A stretch of 64,000 nucleotides of DNA from Lingula anatina (lineage: Eukaryota > Animalia > Brachiopoda), in contig CM120641.1 of NCBI GenBank assembly GCA_051362555.1, positions 41,236,401-41,300,400 of the forward strand, read 5' to 3'. The translations under genes and the position numbers were made by a program. The notes beneath the pieces were generated by a model that was not told where the DNA came from, did not search any database, and saw only the letters and a program-made list of their open reading frames with translations. This document shows, piece after piece, positions 1 to 21,000 of this stretch (positions are counted from its first letter, which is position 1; each line of letters opens with the position of its first letter).

Positions 1-770
1 ACTCTACTTAGAAACTTTTGGAACATGGAAGATTCAGTCTAACAAGAAGGTGAGTTTGAAAGCCGTACAGGCAATGTCTGCCACTGCCAGTTGTTTAAAA
101 ACCAATTGGTGTCTTTGGTGTCTTATTCTGGCACGTTTCAACATAATAAATGGGTTATAAGAATATAAATCTTAACCCATAATGAATAATGTCACCAACC
201 ATAACTTCTCGAAAGTTAATGTTTACAAATCAAGAGAGTAGTTCTAAGAAATTTGTGGGATTAGATATGGAAAAATATTCAATGGACATTCTTTTGATCT
301 TTATATTAATTTTCTTGCCCTCAGGAACTATCAGCCTACTAATTAACCAAAAAATACTGTTATACTATTACTTACATTATTTGAAAATTGTATTCAGCTG
401 ATAAGGAAAAAAAGTACTGTCTATATTATTTTCAGTGCTGACAAATATGGTATCTTTATACACAGGCAGAACTCCCTGTTCATCAGGCATGTGACAGATT
501 TCCAGGACATAAAAACATGTCCCAAAAACAAAAGAACTGATACTGTCTATCTAAGTCTTCACTATCCAAGAGATGAAAGTGGACCTATAAAAAAACAATC
601 ATGAAAATGCAAGCCCCATTGGCACGGTGCTCTTTATGGGGGTCTGGGTGTATAAATACAACCCCTAAATTTCGGTATAAATTTGAAAAACTTTTATCTC
701 AAAAGACCAAATTTTATTGCTTTTCTTTTTCTTATAAGCTGAAAATCTAGTTTCTGTTATTGGGTAATGA

Positions 771-1005
771 GGACAGTTTCACAAAAACACTTTATGCTCA
801 AAGATGGCTCTTTACTTATAGACTAAAATTCTGGTCTACTTCAATTGAGGTGTGAAGCAGTACACTAAAATAGAATTATAACTATTACAAAGGTCTACAG
901 TACCAGCAACTTTCTCATATTAAACAGTTGCAATATGTCATTTCATTAGCCTATTACTGATATATTTATTTACACAAAGTTAAGTCATTTTGTGAAACAG
1001 GTCCC
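771..1005. mobile_element. Short TIR element (MITE), possibly PIF/Harbinger-like
   Basis: Left end ggacagtttcacaaaa (771-786) is an imperfect inverted repeat of ttttgtgaaacaggtccc (988-1005). Related ends recur at about 2918, 4713-4731, 41694, 42764 and 46195-46217. No ORF. Confidence 0.55.
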
Positions 1006-2128
1006 AATTTGAGATTTTGCCAACTGACAAATGCTTGTGCATCTTAAACTGGCATTGGTATCCTTTCAGCATTTACTTTGGCCTTATTTTCCATGCCCAA
1101 TTTAGCAAGTAGTGAAAAATTAAAGGTTGTCACTCTGCAAACAAGAATAGTGGTGTTTATTTTTGTTAATACATAACCATTGCAACCATTTTTATACTTA
1201 TTTACAGAAAAAAATTAATCCAGAATCGCACCTTCTCACCTTCTGCACTACTTCTGCTATGTATAAACTGCTACATTTGGTATGGTCCATATTTTTTCCG
1301 AAAGAAATTCCCTAAATGTTTAATAGGCCATCTTCAAATTTTTAAAGCAAAACTGACCAGTATTTTTTCCTAAGGTTTACTTAGCAACAAATGATTAGTA
1401 TATAATTTTCTTAATGGGACAAGCTCTTTTTTTTTTGCTGACAATACTTAGCTTAAAACATCAAATGTTTCAGTTACACTTAATTATGGAATTACACTCT
1501 GTTTTCTATCTTGAATCATATAACCAATTCTCTTTAAATTAAATGATAGAACAGAATATTTACAAAATATTAACTGCACACAATGAGTTTTAAATCTTTG
1601 CATAGAAAAAAAATTCTGAAAACTTCTGCATAGATTTTGGATTAGGTACATGTATTTCCAGGAATTTTTTCTATTGGCTTTATAAAAGGGAAATGAACTC
1701 TGTATGCCTTCAAAGATAGATAAGCACATTTAATAAGACTAGAGTGAAAGTAAATAAGAAATTTCAAGAATACTTGAGTGTCTGTGAGAGAAGTTAATAA
1801 GGAATAACACTTATCAATAAGGAAAACACAATTTAAAAAAATTAAACTAACACCAAGAACACAATCTCTGAGGAAGAGGCTACTGAAAAAAAAAACTATT
1901 TCAATTAATTTTACAGGGCATCATCTAAAAAGAAAAGAAAAGAAAAACAGCATAGCACCAATAATATTTGCGAATCAGCGAAAAGCTAATAGAGAAAAAG
2001 CACTTAATTCTACAAGCTTAGTATGAATGAGTCATATATTCATCCACTTTAAAGGCACCTTATGAGATAAGGTTACTAGATCATCTTGGGGAAATCTCTT
2101 AATCTTCCAAACTGCGCGACATTGAGGT

Positions 2129-2830
2129 TAACAAAGAGGCCATGATAAGAGATTAAATATGCTAAGTGATTATTCACTTGAAATTATTTTTTATCACAAA
2201 TGGAAATGGTGACCTTAATTGGAAGCAGGATTGGTAAGCTTGCCTTAAGTTGCTGCAATTACTGAATGGCAACTTCACCTTTGAATCAAACTAAACCAGG
2301 CTGAAATTCCATGACATCAATGACTTGCATTTCTAAATCAAAATTGGTATGCATACAGTAATCAAATTAACATATTATAAATAAAATGTGTGTTAACTCC
2401 ATACATGTTAAGTTTCATTGATGCTGATTGAAATTGCCAGAAAATATTTTTGAAAAATTTTCAGATCCCAATATATATTTTTTTATATGCAAAACATGTA
2501 ATCAAATTAACATATCATAAATAAAGCATCGGGTGTGCAAACCTAATGCCTGTTGTTAAGTTTCATTGAAGCTAATTAAAACACCAGAAAAAAGCTCAAA
2601 TTCCAAATGTTTTTTTTTTTTAATTTGCAAAAAAGCATAAAAACATAGAAAAAGTTTAAGATTTACAATAATTGTTACAGTAAAGGTATCTATGTAAGTA
2701 AATATTCATTGAAATTGATTAATTACTTTTATTAATACTTTTGGATGAGATGACCAGACAAGATTACATAGACAGGCAGACAGACACACAGCAAGACAGA
2801 CTGCCCAGTACTGGTGGACCTGCTCATTTT
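2129..2830. mobile_element. Degenerate HINE/Helentron-like remnant with about 2.5 internal ~140-bp repeats
   Basis: gtaatcaaattaacatat..ataaataaa and gttaagtttcattga recur at ~140-150 bp spacing (2358/2498; 2406/2555). These are followed by a GACA-type microsatellite (2755-2800), and the region starts with aacaaagaggccat. This core-repeat plus microsatellite layout is typical of bivalve HINEs. Confidence 0.45.
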
Positions 2831-4823
2831 CCTACCAAAGGTATTACACACCATACTTCACAGCACTTGTGAAGCACTTTAAACAGGATCAAAATAGAAT
2901 GAAAATGCAGGATATGTGGCCAGTTTCACAAAAGGACTTTGATATATTATATATATAATGTAATAAGAAAAATACTAAATTTATTTAAACACTATTTATA
3001 TGAAGTAAGGTTCACTTGTATTTTATATTTTCATGGGACACAATTCAATGGAAGGAATATACAAGCCTTGCCCTACTGACATTCCTTTAATGGGAGTTCT
3101 GCTTGGTTGCACTAAGCCATTTAGGCACACTATTCCACTTTTATTACAGCAGTGAGTTTATAAACTGTGACTACCAAATGTTCTTATGCTTTTGTGAAGA
3201 GAAAAACAAGAAATGGAAGAACAGAAGGAATGGTTTTTGTGGTGCTTCATACACATTATACATAACTATTAAATTATAAGTAACACTTTTAGTGCCAGCT
3301 ACTGCATCAAAGTATCAAGGTTTTCAAAGCATTTCTATTTAATTTAGTAGAATTTAGGAAAATTAATTTCATTTATCTACTTGTTTGTACATGGCATACC
3401 AATTAAGTCACAAGCTCATTGAGTCCTTATATTTTATTTAGTTTTTTAGATGAACGTTTTCTTTAAATTGCAATGCCTATTACTAACTAAAAGATGTTTT
3501 ATCACCAGTCAAGGGCTAAAATCAAAACCATTGTATAATCTTTACCCTAACTCTGATAGAAGAAACTATCCTAGTAACTGAGCAATTAACACAGGTAATG
3601 GAATTCTTTACAGAGATCCACTACCTGCATCTAATCTTGTCTGAGATGCAATAAAACATTTGCACTTTTAAAATAATAGCTCCAAGAACAATATCTTATT
3701 CATGCTATGTAGTTACGCATTTACTTCACACAGGCAACTTCTTTGATAACCAAAATCTGGTAGCAACTGATGTACAGACAAAAAAAACAGAGGTGGTATT
3801 CTATTCAGAAACAGACCTGAATAGAATACCAATAATACATCCACATCAGATAAAAACAACAAATGTCCAATTACGCACCAAAAATGTGCAGCACTTAATA
3901 CCAGTTGCCATGGTTTTTTTAAACACCTCCCTCCCACCCCACCTTATATCTTAACTTTGATCTGACTATTACCAAGCCCAAGGTTACCAAAGGTGTGGCT
4001 GAGAGCCACAAAGAAACCACAAATTTTACCAAAAAAGAAAAAAATACAGACTTCAGCCACACTTCACTGCCTTAACTGGTGTTTTTTTTAAACTTTCAAA
4101 ACAACAAGAGGGAGTAAGCTGACATTCTCAGAGGTAGATTAACCTAACCTTGCACTGTGACAATGTCAAAGCAAGTTACTAAGAAAACTACTACCGTTTT
4201 AGTCAATAAAGCCTAAAAATCTACTCAAATGTATTTGCACATTTGTCTTGGGTACCTCATCCATTAAACAATTTACATTAATCTTTCCTCTTTTTTCTTG
4301 GTCTGAATAACTCAAGTACAAATGCATACAATGAAAGACTACTGAATAAGATGCCTTTTCTCTTCAAAACATATCAAATTAACAAAACATAAAATACAGA
4401 CTACTGATCCCTTCCAGATTGAGAAAAATAGAATACCAAACAACAGTTCAACGATATTATTATTATGATTATGTAATTTTTCGTCCTAAGCTATAAAACA
4501 TGTTGCTTTTTCATTCAACCATTACCTAATTTATCATATATAAATAGCATCATGTCAGCATAATACTTCTGGTCATGCACTGGCATAATAAGTAAATACA
4601 GAAAAACAAAGCAAAAAAAAGGGGAAAAATGAACTCTTTGATTATTGTTGGTATTTCTGCTGACCTAACAAATTTTGGTTCAACTAAATAAGACCCACTC
4701 TCAGTCTTAAGTTCCTTTGTGAAAACAGCCCCTCAATTTAGCCAAAACAAAATACTGAAAAGAAAAAATGGAGAGACCAAGTCCATTAACTATTTGTTAT
4801 TCCTTCAGGTGATTTGCCACCAG

Positions 4824-6152
4824 ATGGAGCTGTGTCAGGTTGTGTTGATCGTGCTGGCTCACCTGACCACCTCGGCCTATCAGATTAAAGGAAACAGCAC
4901 GCACATCTACTCTGATGCCCCGTACCCAGTAAAGAGGCCTCGGACCCAACTGTACATGACGGTATTTCCATTCTCGAAAGCCATATCCATACGGTGGGAT
5001 TTAACTTCCTATGACTACATCACTGATATTACTGCAAAGTACAATGTTACCCCGGGATCGCTGATCACTATATCAAATATCACCAGGTTTACCAAAGAGG
5101 TGAACATAACACACCTGCCAGCCAACAGACCTGTGACAGTTTGCTTACATGTTACGTTCAGCAATGAAAAACCAGTGCGAAAATGTAGCACAAAGACAAC
5201 ACTAAGGAAAATACAGCCCATTCCTCCTGTAAATAATGTTCAAGAGCTCAGCATTGAAGCCACTATCACTCTCTCAGTGCTGATCATACTTATCGTGGCT
5301 ATCGCAGTAATATGCATCATATTTGCCAGGTATCAGAAAAAGCAAGCTCTGAAAAGACAGCAAGCCCGAGCACTGCGGGTAAGAGCTCGTATACAAGGCC
5401 GAGTGAGTCAAGACCCAAAGAAGGCAGCAATAGGTAAAATTCTAGAGCACAAACACCTCCCGCTGGACAGTAAGACTCTTACAGAGGACTGGAGTGTAAG
5501 CAGTGAGGTCAAAGTGCAAGACTGGCAACAGAATCGAATTAGTTTGGACTTTGAACCTCCGTCTGACGCCCCAGTGGTCGACACGGAGGACCTGGTTTTC
5601 TTCCAAAATCACACAAATGGTAAAATAAAACACGACGACGGCAAGTCGAGCAGTTTGAATTCACAAAGTAAAGTAGGCAGCAAGGCGTCTGATGAGAAAC
5701 CATCAACAGAAGAGAAGAGCAGTCTTAAGGAAGCTCATGAAAGTCCCAGTGCTACGCTCTCCCCTGAAGCAGCAGTTGCTGAGGATATAACACCCAGATC
5801 CTCTGAAGAAAATGCCCCAACTGAAACTGCGAAAACAACAGAGGAGAAAAAATCAAGTCGTAAGACTACCAGTGGTCCCCCAAGACGCAAAACACTGGAA
5901 GAAAAACTACGCTATGCACGAAAAATCAATGCAAGAGCAAATAGAATGAACAGCAAGTCAGGTACAGACAGGCGTTCTGGAAATAAAACATCGAGTGGCA
6001 AGAGAAGGAGTAGTAGGACTTCAGGAGAGAGATCTCGCTCCAGAAGTTCACACAAACAAGATGGCGAGTCTGGTGAAAGGCCCAGCAGCCATTCTACCTC
6101 TCAATCTAAAAGTCAACCAGCAGAATCACATAATCCAGTGTCTACAGACTGA
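4824..6152 (+). CDS. Type I membrane protein: signal peptide, one FN3-like domain, TM helix and a long S/R/K-rich disordered cytoplasmic tail (~442 aa)
   Basis: Long ORF in GC-richer sequence. Acceptor ttattccttcag ends at 4808 and the ATG is at 4824 (MELCQVVLIVLAHLTTSA, signal-like). FN3-like segment AISIRW...VNITHLPANRPVTVCLHV; TM segment ITLSVLIILIVAIAVICIIFA followed by RYQKK; stop at 6150-6152. Confidence 0.85.
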   Translation: MELCQVVLIVLAHLTTSAYQIKGNSTHIYSDAPYPVKRPRTQLYMTVFPFSKAISIRWDLTSYDYITDITAKYNVTPGSLITISNITRFTKEVNITHLPANRPVTVCLHVTFSNEKPVRKCSTKTTLRKIQPIPPVNNVQELSIEATITLSVLIILIVAIAVICIIFARYQKKQALKRQQARALRVRARIQGRVSQDPKKAAIGKILEHKHLPLDSKTLTEDWSVSSEVKVQDWQQNRISLDFEPPSDAPVVDTEDLVFFQNHTNGKIKHDDGKSSSLNSQSKVGSKASDEKPSTEEKSSLKEAHESPSATLSPEAAVAEDITPRSSEENAPTETAKTTEEKKSSRKTTSGPPRRKTLEEKLRYARKINARANRMNSKSGTDRRSGNKTSSGKRRSSRTSGERSRSRSSHKQDGESGERPSSHSTSQSKSQPAESHNPVSTD

Positions 6153-8132
6153 TATCTTGATGCCAAGATTAAACATAATGCAAAAAAAAAATGTATATCA
6201 AAATATGAACTTTCCCTTACTCAATTGTACATATCTCAATTTTTTTTATCAATTTTTAATTTTTTTAATGACGTTAGTGCATATAAAATCATCAAATAGC
6301 ATTTAAAAAACCCTGACAACTCTACGTCATATGGCAATTATGTGCACCTTCAAATGGTTTCCCTGTACAGTTGAAGCATAATCCAGATAATTAGCCTGCC
6401 AGACTGTGACGACCAAGCAAAGGCCACCCAAGTAAATGTTTTCATATGCGCACCTAATGTTTAAACAATTTGTGGGCATGTTCTAAATTCTCAACCTAGA
6501 CAGATTTACTTAATGGATCAGTGTGTAAAAATGCATATATTTTACAAAAAATATAGTTAAAATGACTGTCAAAATAATAAAATTTTCATAATAAAAGCAA
6601 ATTAGGTTTGTAATTTTAAAAAACTTTTTTACAAGCCTTTCTGTGCTTATTACAATTGTCTGCCTCCCCCCTTCCCTTTTTTGGAGGTAGGTTGAGAGAG
6701 AGGCTATGAACCAATGCTTATGTTAATGGCTCAAGAGAAAATAACATGTAATGGCTGTTAGACTGCAATCTTCTCTTCAACATATCGGCATATTGCGGTT
6801 TAAAAATGTCAATGTCATTAATGCCCTTTGAATAATTATCCTGCTATTATGAAAAGCTTTTAATTAATATTCTAAAATGTCCACCAGTAAAAATTACAGT
6901 TATGCATGCCTTTATCATTAAAATGTGCCCTTTGCCAAATAAGATATTTTTAACACTTACTCTCGACTATGAGATTTATCACCCTAGGATATTTTATCAT
7001 ATTTGAAATGTTCCAGTCAAAAATCCAACAATATATTAAATCTGACCAAGTAAACAAGTTGGAAGCAGTTCTTTGCATGTCAACCAACTTCGGGTTTTAA
7101 TGGCAAAATTTATCATTTGTGAATACAGTGATTTACATCTACAAAACTGTAGTAATAAAATCAAACAATACACCTTTATATAATGGCAAAAAAAGTAGAA
7201 AGTACAATATCTGTTTGAAGGGATCATAATTTTTTTAACATATTTATGCCTATTTATGGACTAAAATCACATAATCTTTATCATTGTGACATAAAAACTT
7301 CTCTAAAAAAGACAAAAATGACAATTTTATGTTTGATAATCAAACCAACATCATAATACTCTTTTAATTCAGCAGAAAACCCACGATGCTAACTCACAAA
7401 AACTACTTTTGAGAAGTTTACAAAATATGACAGACAAAACTGCATCTTCAGCTTCTGAAATAGCACTGCCACACAGACAACACATAAAGCTACATCAGAG
7501 AAACCCTGGACTCTCTTAGACAGCAATACCAAAGTAAACATCAACTGAATCCACTATTCTTTAAATAGAAATAAATCATTTATATGCATCTTTTACCCTT
7601 GATGCATGTTGCTGAGAAGACATTATTAGCCAAAACCGTGGATATGTTTAGGGGGTCATCATATATGACCCAGGAAATTCTATGAACCATGAAAACACTC
7701 CATAAGAAGCTAAGAATGTGAAACCCATAAGTGGATACTAATGCAGTCTGCTATTGGCCCCTGCCTCAATGAAAATGAAAAGCAGATTTGGTGTTGCACT
7801 AAAAAAACAAGCTTTATGTCGGAACTAATAAAACTTATAGCAGAAATGGTCTTGATTAGAAAAAGATTAACTCTACAACCTAAAGAGTAATTTTTGAACT
7901 GGACAAATGAAAATGTTATATGTCAGGAGTGGCGCATTTCTCTTTTCATATTCTTTTAAATGTTAATGCTAATCTTAAGTTTAAAACAGTATGTATAAAT
8001 TAAAGCAAGCAAATAAATAAAAATAACTAACACACTCTTTCAAAATGGTACCCAGATGACACAGAATCTTTCATATTTCAAACATTTCACTTTTTCTTGT
8101 AAAAAAAAGGATTAAAACAAAATGGTCCATAC

Positions 8133-17142
<9,010 letters not shown>

Positions 17143-17759
17143 GGCAGAGCTTTACATGTGCAGTAGAACATATTTTCCTCATACATTTGGTTTGATGCTT
17201 GAATCCCTACTCAGCATCACATTCATGCAAACCGCATAGAATCAACTATTGTTCTGAAAAGTGTGGAAGGATCTATTAGTATTTAATTTACTTCAAATTT
17301 CAATATGTGACATTACAGCCTTGGCCCTAAATGCCAATTAAACAGAAGCCGGACTAGTAAAATTTTGGAAATTTATTAAGTTAATGGTCACTATGTATAT
17401 TTTTTAGACTCTGGTGTAAAAGCTGTAACATGGGAACATAAAGCAATTTTTTGATTGCATTACTACTTGTTCGGCAGCAGCAGTGGCAAAGACACCCTGC
17501 AACACCAGGCAATAAATGCACATTTAACAATCTAATTCTTAAATAATTCTATGTTCATTTTTACGGAGTTCTGGGCCAGTGAATAATACAAACCTATACA
17601 AACCAAAGTTTCCTCCAAGCCTCGTTTTAAGTAGGTCAGTTTTGTCTTATCAAAATAATTAAATTATTGAAGGTACTGTTTAATTAAACATTCCCTACAG
17701 AGATTGGAGTTAAAACTGAAAAAAAAACTCAATTTTTTATAGGTTAAATTATGATTGTG

Positions 17760-17960
17760 TCGAAGATGACGCTACAAATACTCCACTCAAACCTTCTGCG
17801 ACACCCATCACGACAAACGTAAAGGGATACTATATAAATCAGTACCCACTGAAGGCATAACACCCACGAGTTTTGAAAGGTTACAATTTTTCGGGCGCTG
17901 GGGAAAGTGGGGTATTTTGTCTGTGGTTTTGTATCTAACTTGCAAGCAGGTTCGTTTATT
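17760..17960. promoter_or_regulatory. Putative bidirectional promoter shared by CCDC57 and the LRR gene
   Basis: CpG-richer patch between two divergent ATGs (17142 on -, 18093 on +). Candidate 5'UTR donors point outward: - strand at ~17845 (tgg|gtactg) and + strand at 17950 (cag|gttcgt). Matching acceptors are at ~17254 (-) and 18076 (+). Confidence 0.6.
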
Positions 17961-18092
17961 ATACTGAGTTTATTACGACAATATCCGGATAATTAAAATA
18001 TTATGATTTGATAACAATTTATTCCGGTTATCAATATAATGTTGAAAATATTTAAAATCGTGTCGTTTCATTACAGATAATTGGTGTGCACA

Positions 18093-21000
18093 ATGGAGAA
18101 AGTTGAAGAGCTTATACGATGTTATGAAACAAGAAAATCCACAAACAGCTCAAGCGACGGCACCCAAAACAAAACAACCCTTTCTTTGAATTCTCTTGAT
18201 CTCAAAGTTATACCTACAACTGTATTGAAGTTGAGTTTCTTGACACATTTATACTTGGACTATAATGACATAACACATCTACCTGACAATCTAGGGCAGT
18301 GTCTCACATCACTTGAACTGATATCTCTCATTGGAAACCAGTTAAGCAGTTTACCAGAATCCGTAAGAGAAATGACAAAACTTCAGCAGATTTTCCTTAA
18401 TGAGAACCAGATCACCCAGCTGCCTGCTTCTCTCTCTGGCTTGCAGAAGCTGAAAGTCTTAAATTTTATTGGAAATGAACTAACAAGTTTGCCTGATGAT
18501 TTTGGACATTTGATCTCACTTGAGCAAGTGTATGGGGAGGAAAATAGACTTCGCTTGCTCCCAGATTCCATCTGTTCTTTGGGGGAACTACAAGTGTTGG
18601 ATCTGTTTGGTAATAAAATCAAGAGCCTTCCAGATAATATTGGTCAGCTCATAAATCTACAGGTGCTAAATCTTAGAGAAAATGCACTGTTAAGTTTGCC
18701 CAGCTCATTCAAGGATCTGTGTAGTCTAAAGCAACTAGATCTCTCATACAACTCTCTCCAATATTTGCCAGAAGACTTTTTATCATCTCATTCCTTGGTC
18801 AAGCTTTATGTGGATAAGAATGAACTGAAGTGTTGCCCACCTTGGATCAGTGACATGCCAAACCTAGAGGAACTATCACTTAAAAGCAATCTTTTGTCTG
18901 GGCAGTCGCTGTCTGATTCATTTGGCGACAATTGCAAGAAGTTGAAAGTTTTGAGACTTTCTGGGAACTTCATGAAGAAACTCCCAGACTCTCTGGGCCA
19001 GCTGCAGAACCTGGAGTACATCCATTGTGGGAGCTTTCTAGATGAATTGGAGAGAGGCAACTTTCAGAATGGAAATCATTTGCAATACTTGCCTGATAAC
19101 TTTGGCTGGTTGACCAAACTGACAGAAGTTCGGTTTGATGAGAATCACCTCCATGCTTTGCCAGAAAACATAGGTGGTCTGATCAGTTTGAGGTTCCTGG
19201 ATTTAGGTAATTGTTCACATGGCAGTATATTGCCTAAAATTGTGGCACTTCTTCTCACATTCCAACTCTAATTTCAAGGTAGCTTTTTCTCTGTGATTGT
19301 GTTTTAACTGAAACTTGTTAAAACTTGTAAAAATGAAAATGATGATAATTCATTGAAAAAAATACTGAAATTTTACAAAATATGAACATGTGTACTGTTA
19401 TCTACATTCTCTTTATAATAAATATATCAGTAACAAGAGACCCTTCCTGACACTGACTTGCTGACACTTACAATAAGTAAAATGAATTTTTTTACTGGTT
19501 ATTAATAGTGATAATTCCTATGGTCATGGGTTATTTTAAAAAATTCTTGAAAATTTTTTTCAGGTCAGAATATCCTGAGAGTCCTTCCAGAGTCATTTGG
19601 TCAGTTGCAGTCTCTTGAAGTGTGCTTGTTGTCCAGGAACCAAATACAGATCTTGCCAGAGTCATTTGGCAATTTGACCAGCCTCATAGAGTTCAGAGTG
19701 GACAATAACTTGGTAAATTTAAATCTGTTGTGTTTCAGTAGATATATTCTGGCTTATAGCCTTTCTAGATGAACAAAACACAGGTTTAATGATTTAGCAT
19801 CACCTTTGTAAATTTTTTTGGTTTCATGCGTCAACTCTTTTTTTATGCAAAAAAAAAAAAAAAAAAAAAAAATTGAAAAGGCCAATGGATAACAGCAAGG
19901 ATATATTACCATCTTGGTAATTCATTCTTAATATTTACATACTAGACTGTTTGATATTATCATCTTACTATTATATATTCAAGCATATTTGGGGTGATTA
20001 CTTCATCTGTTCAGTGCTACAAAGTTGATATTTCAAATTTAGCTTGCTAGGTTGCCGGAGTCATTTTGCAAGTTGACACAATTGAAGACTTTAGATCTGT
20101 TTCACAACAGATTGGAAGTTATCCCCCAGGCACTGAGCTATCTCACCAACTTGGTCAGGTTGGACCTAAACGAGGTGAGTTTTCTCTTTTAATTTAACCT
20201 ATTCCTAGTCCACTTCAAATGCATAATGATCATTTTTACCACCATTTTGACAGTGTTAACTCTGTCAAAGCCCAAATTTTAATGACAAAAGAAAAGTACA
20301 TCTGGAAATGAGAATGTCTCCAAGCAAACATTTTCTGTCAAGTTTGATGAGCACTATGAAATTAACAAATTGCTGCAATGTCTACAGGTATTTTCATTGT
20401 ATTTTTTTTGCATGTGCAATTGCAGAACAATTTTGGTCTCCCAGTGGAAGAGATTCCAAGTATTCTCATCAATTCCAAGTATGCCCCGAGAGACAAGGCT
20501 CTGAGTCACAACTGGAGAGGACGTGGAAGGAAGGATCAGACAGAGATTGAAGTGACTAAGGTTGGTGGCCATTTTACCTAGGCAGACATCATGCTTGTGG
20601 ATTTGTCGTGCCTCGTTTTTAACATCTGATTCAGAATTTCCATAGTCATTTATATGAACATTTAAAAGTTTTTTTTTTTTCATTTTATGGACTCACAGGT
20701 CAATTACTTTAATGGAGTTAGTAAAATTTTGAAATAAAAAAAACCTTGGCCGCAGCTTTTGAAGAAGCTGAAATAGATTAATAAGCATTTCAAATTTATT
20801 TTCCCATCGGCAAGTGTTTATTTTTTATTTTTGACAAGTATCTAATCACATTTCAGGTAGAATCCACTGTTGATAAAAATGAAGCCGAGACTGAACAAGA
20901 AATACCTTGGAATCCAACTATACTGAATATTGCAATGAGAAGAAACATGTCCCTGTGGAAGTCTCATGAAAGTGGCGCCACCAAGAGGGAAAAGTTCAGA

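Noticed and set aside
4719-4823. N-terminal extension of the 477-aa ORF
   Set aside because: It starts at a GTG inside a MITE end and crosses a splice acceptor. The ATG at 4824 gives a proper signal peptide.
19207-19271. End of the 396-aa LRR ORF as the true C-terminus
   Set aside because: It is intron read-through. The donor at 19207 joins in-frame LRR exons downstream.
18093-20174. Assignment to SHOC2, Scribble/Erbin, LRRC40 or ROCO
   Set aside because: No PDZ, LAPSD or ROC domain is present and the C-terminus is unrelated, so no gene symbol was given.
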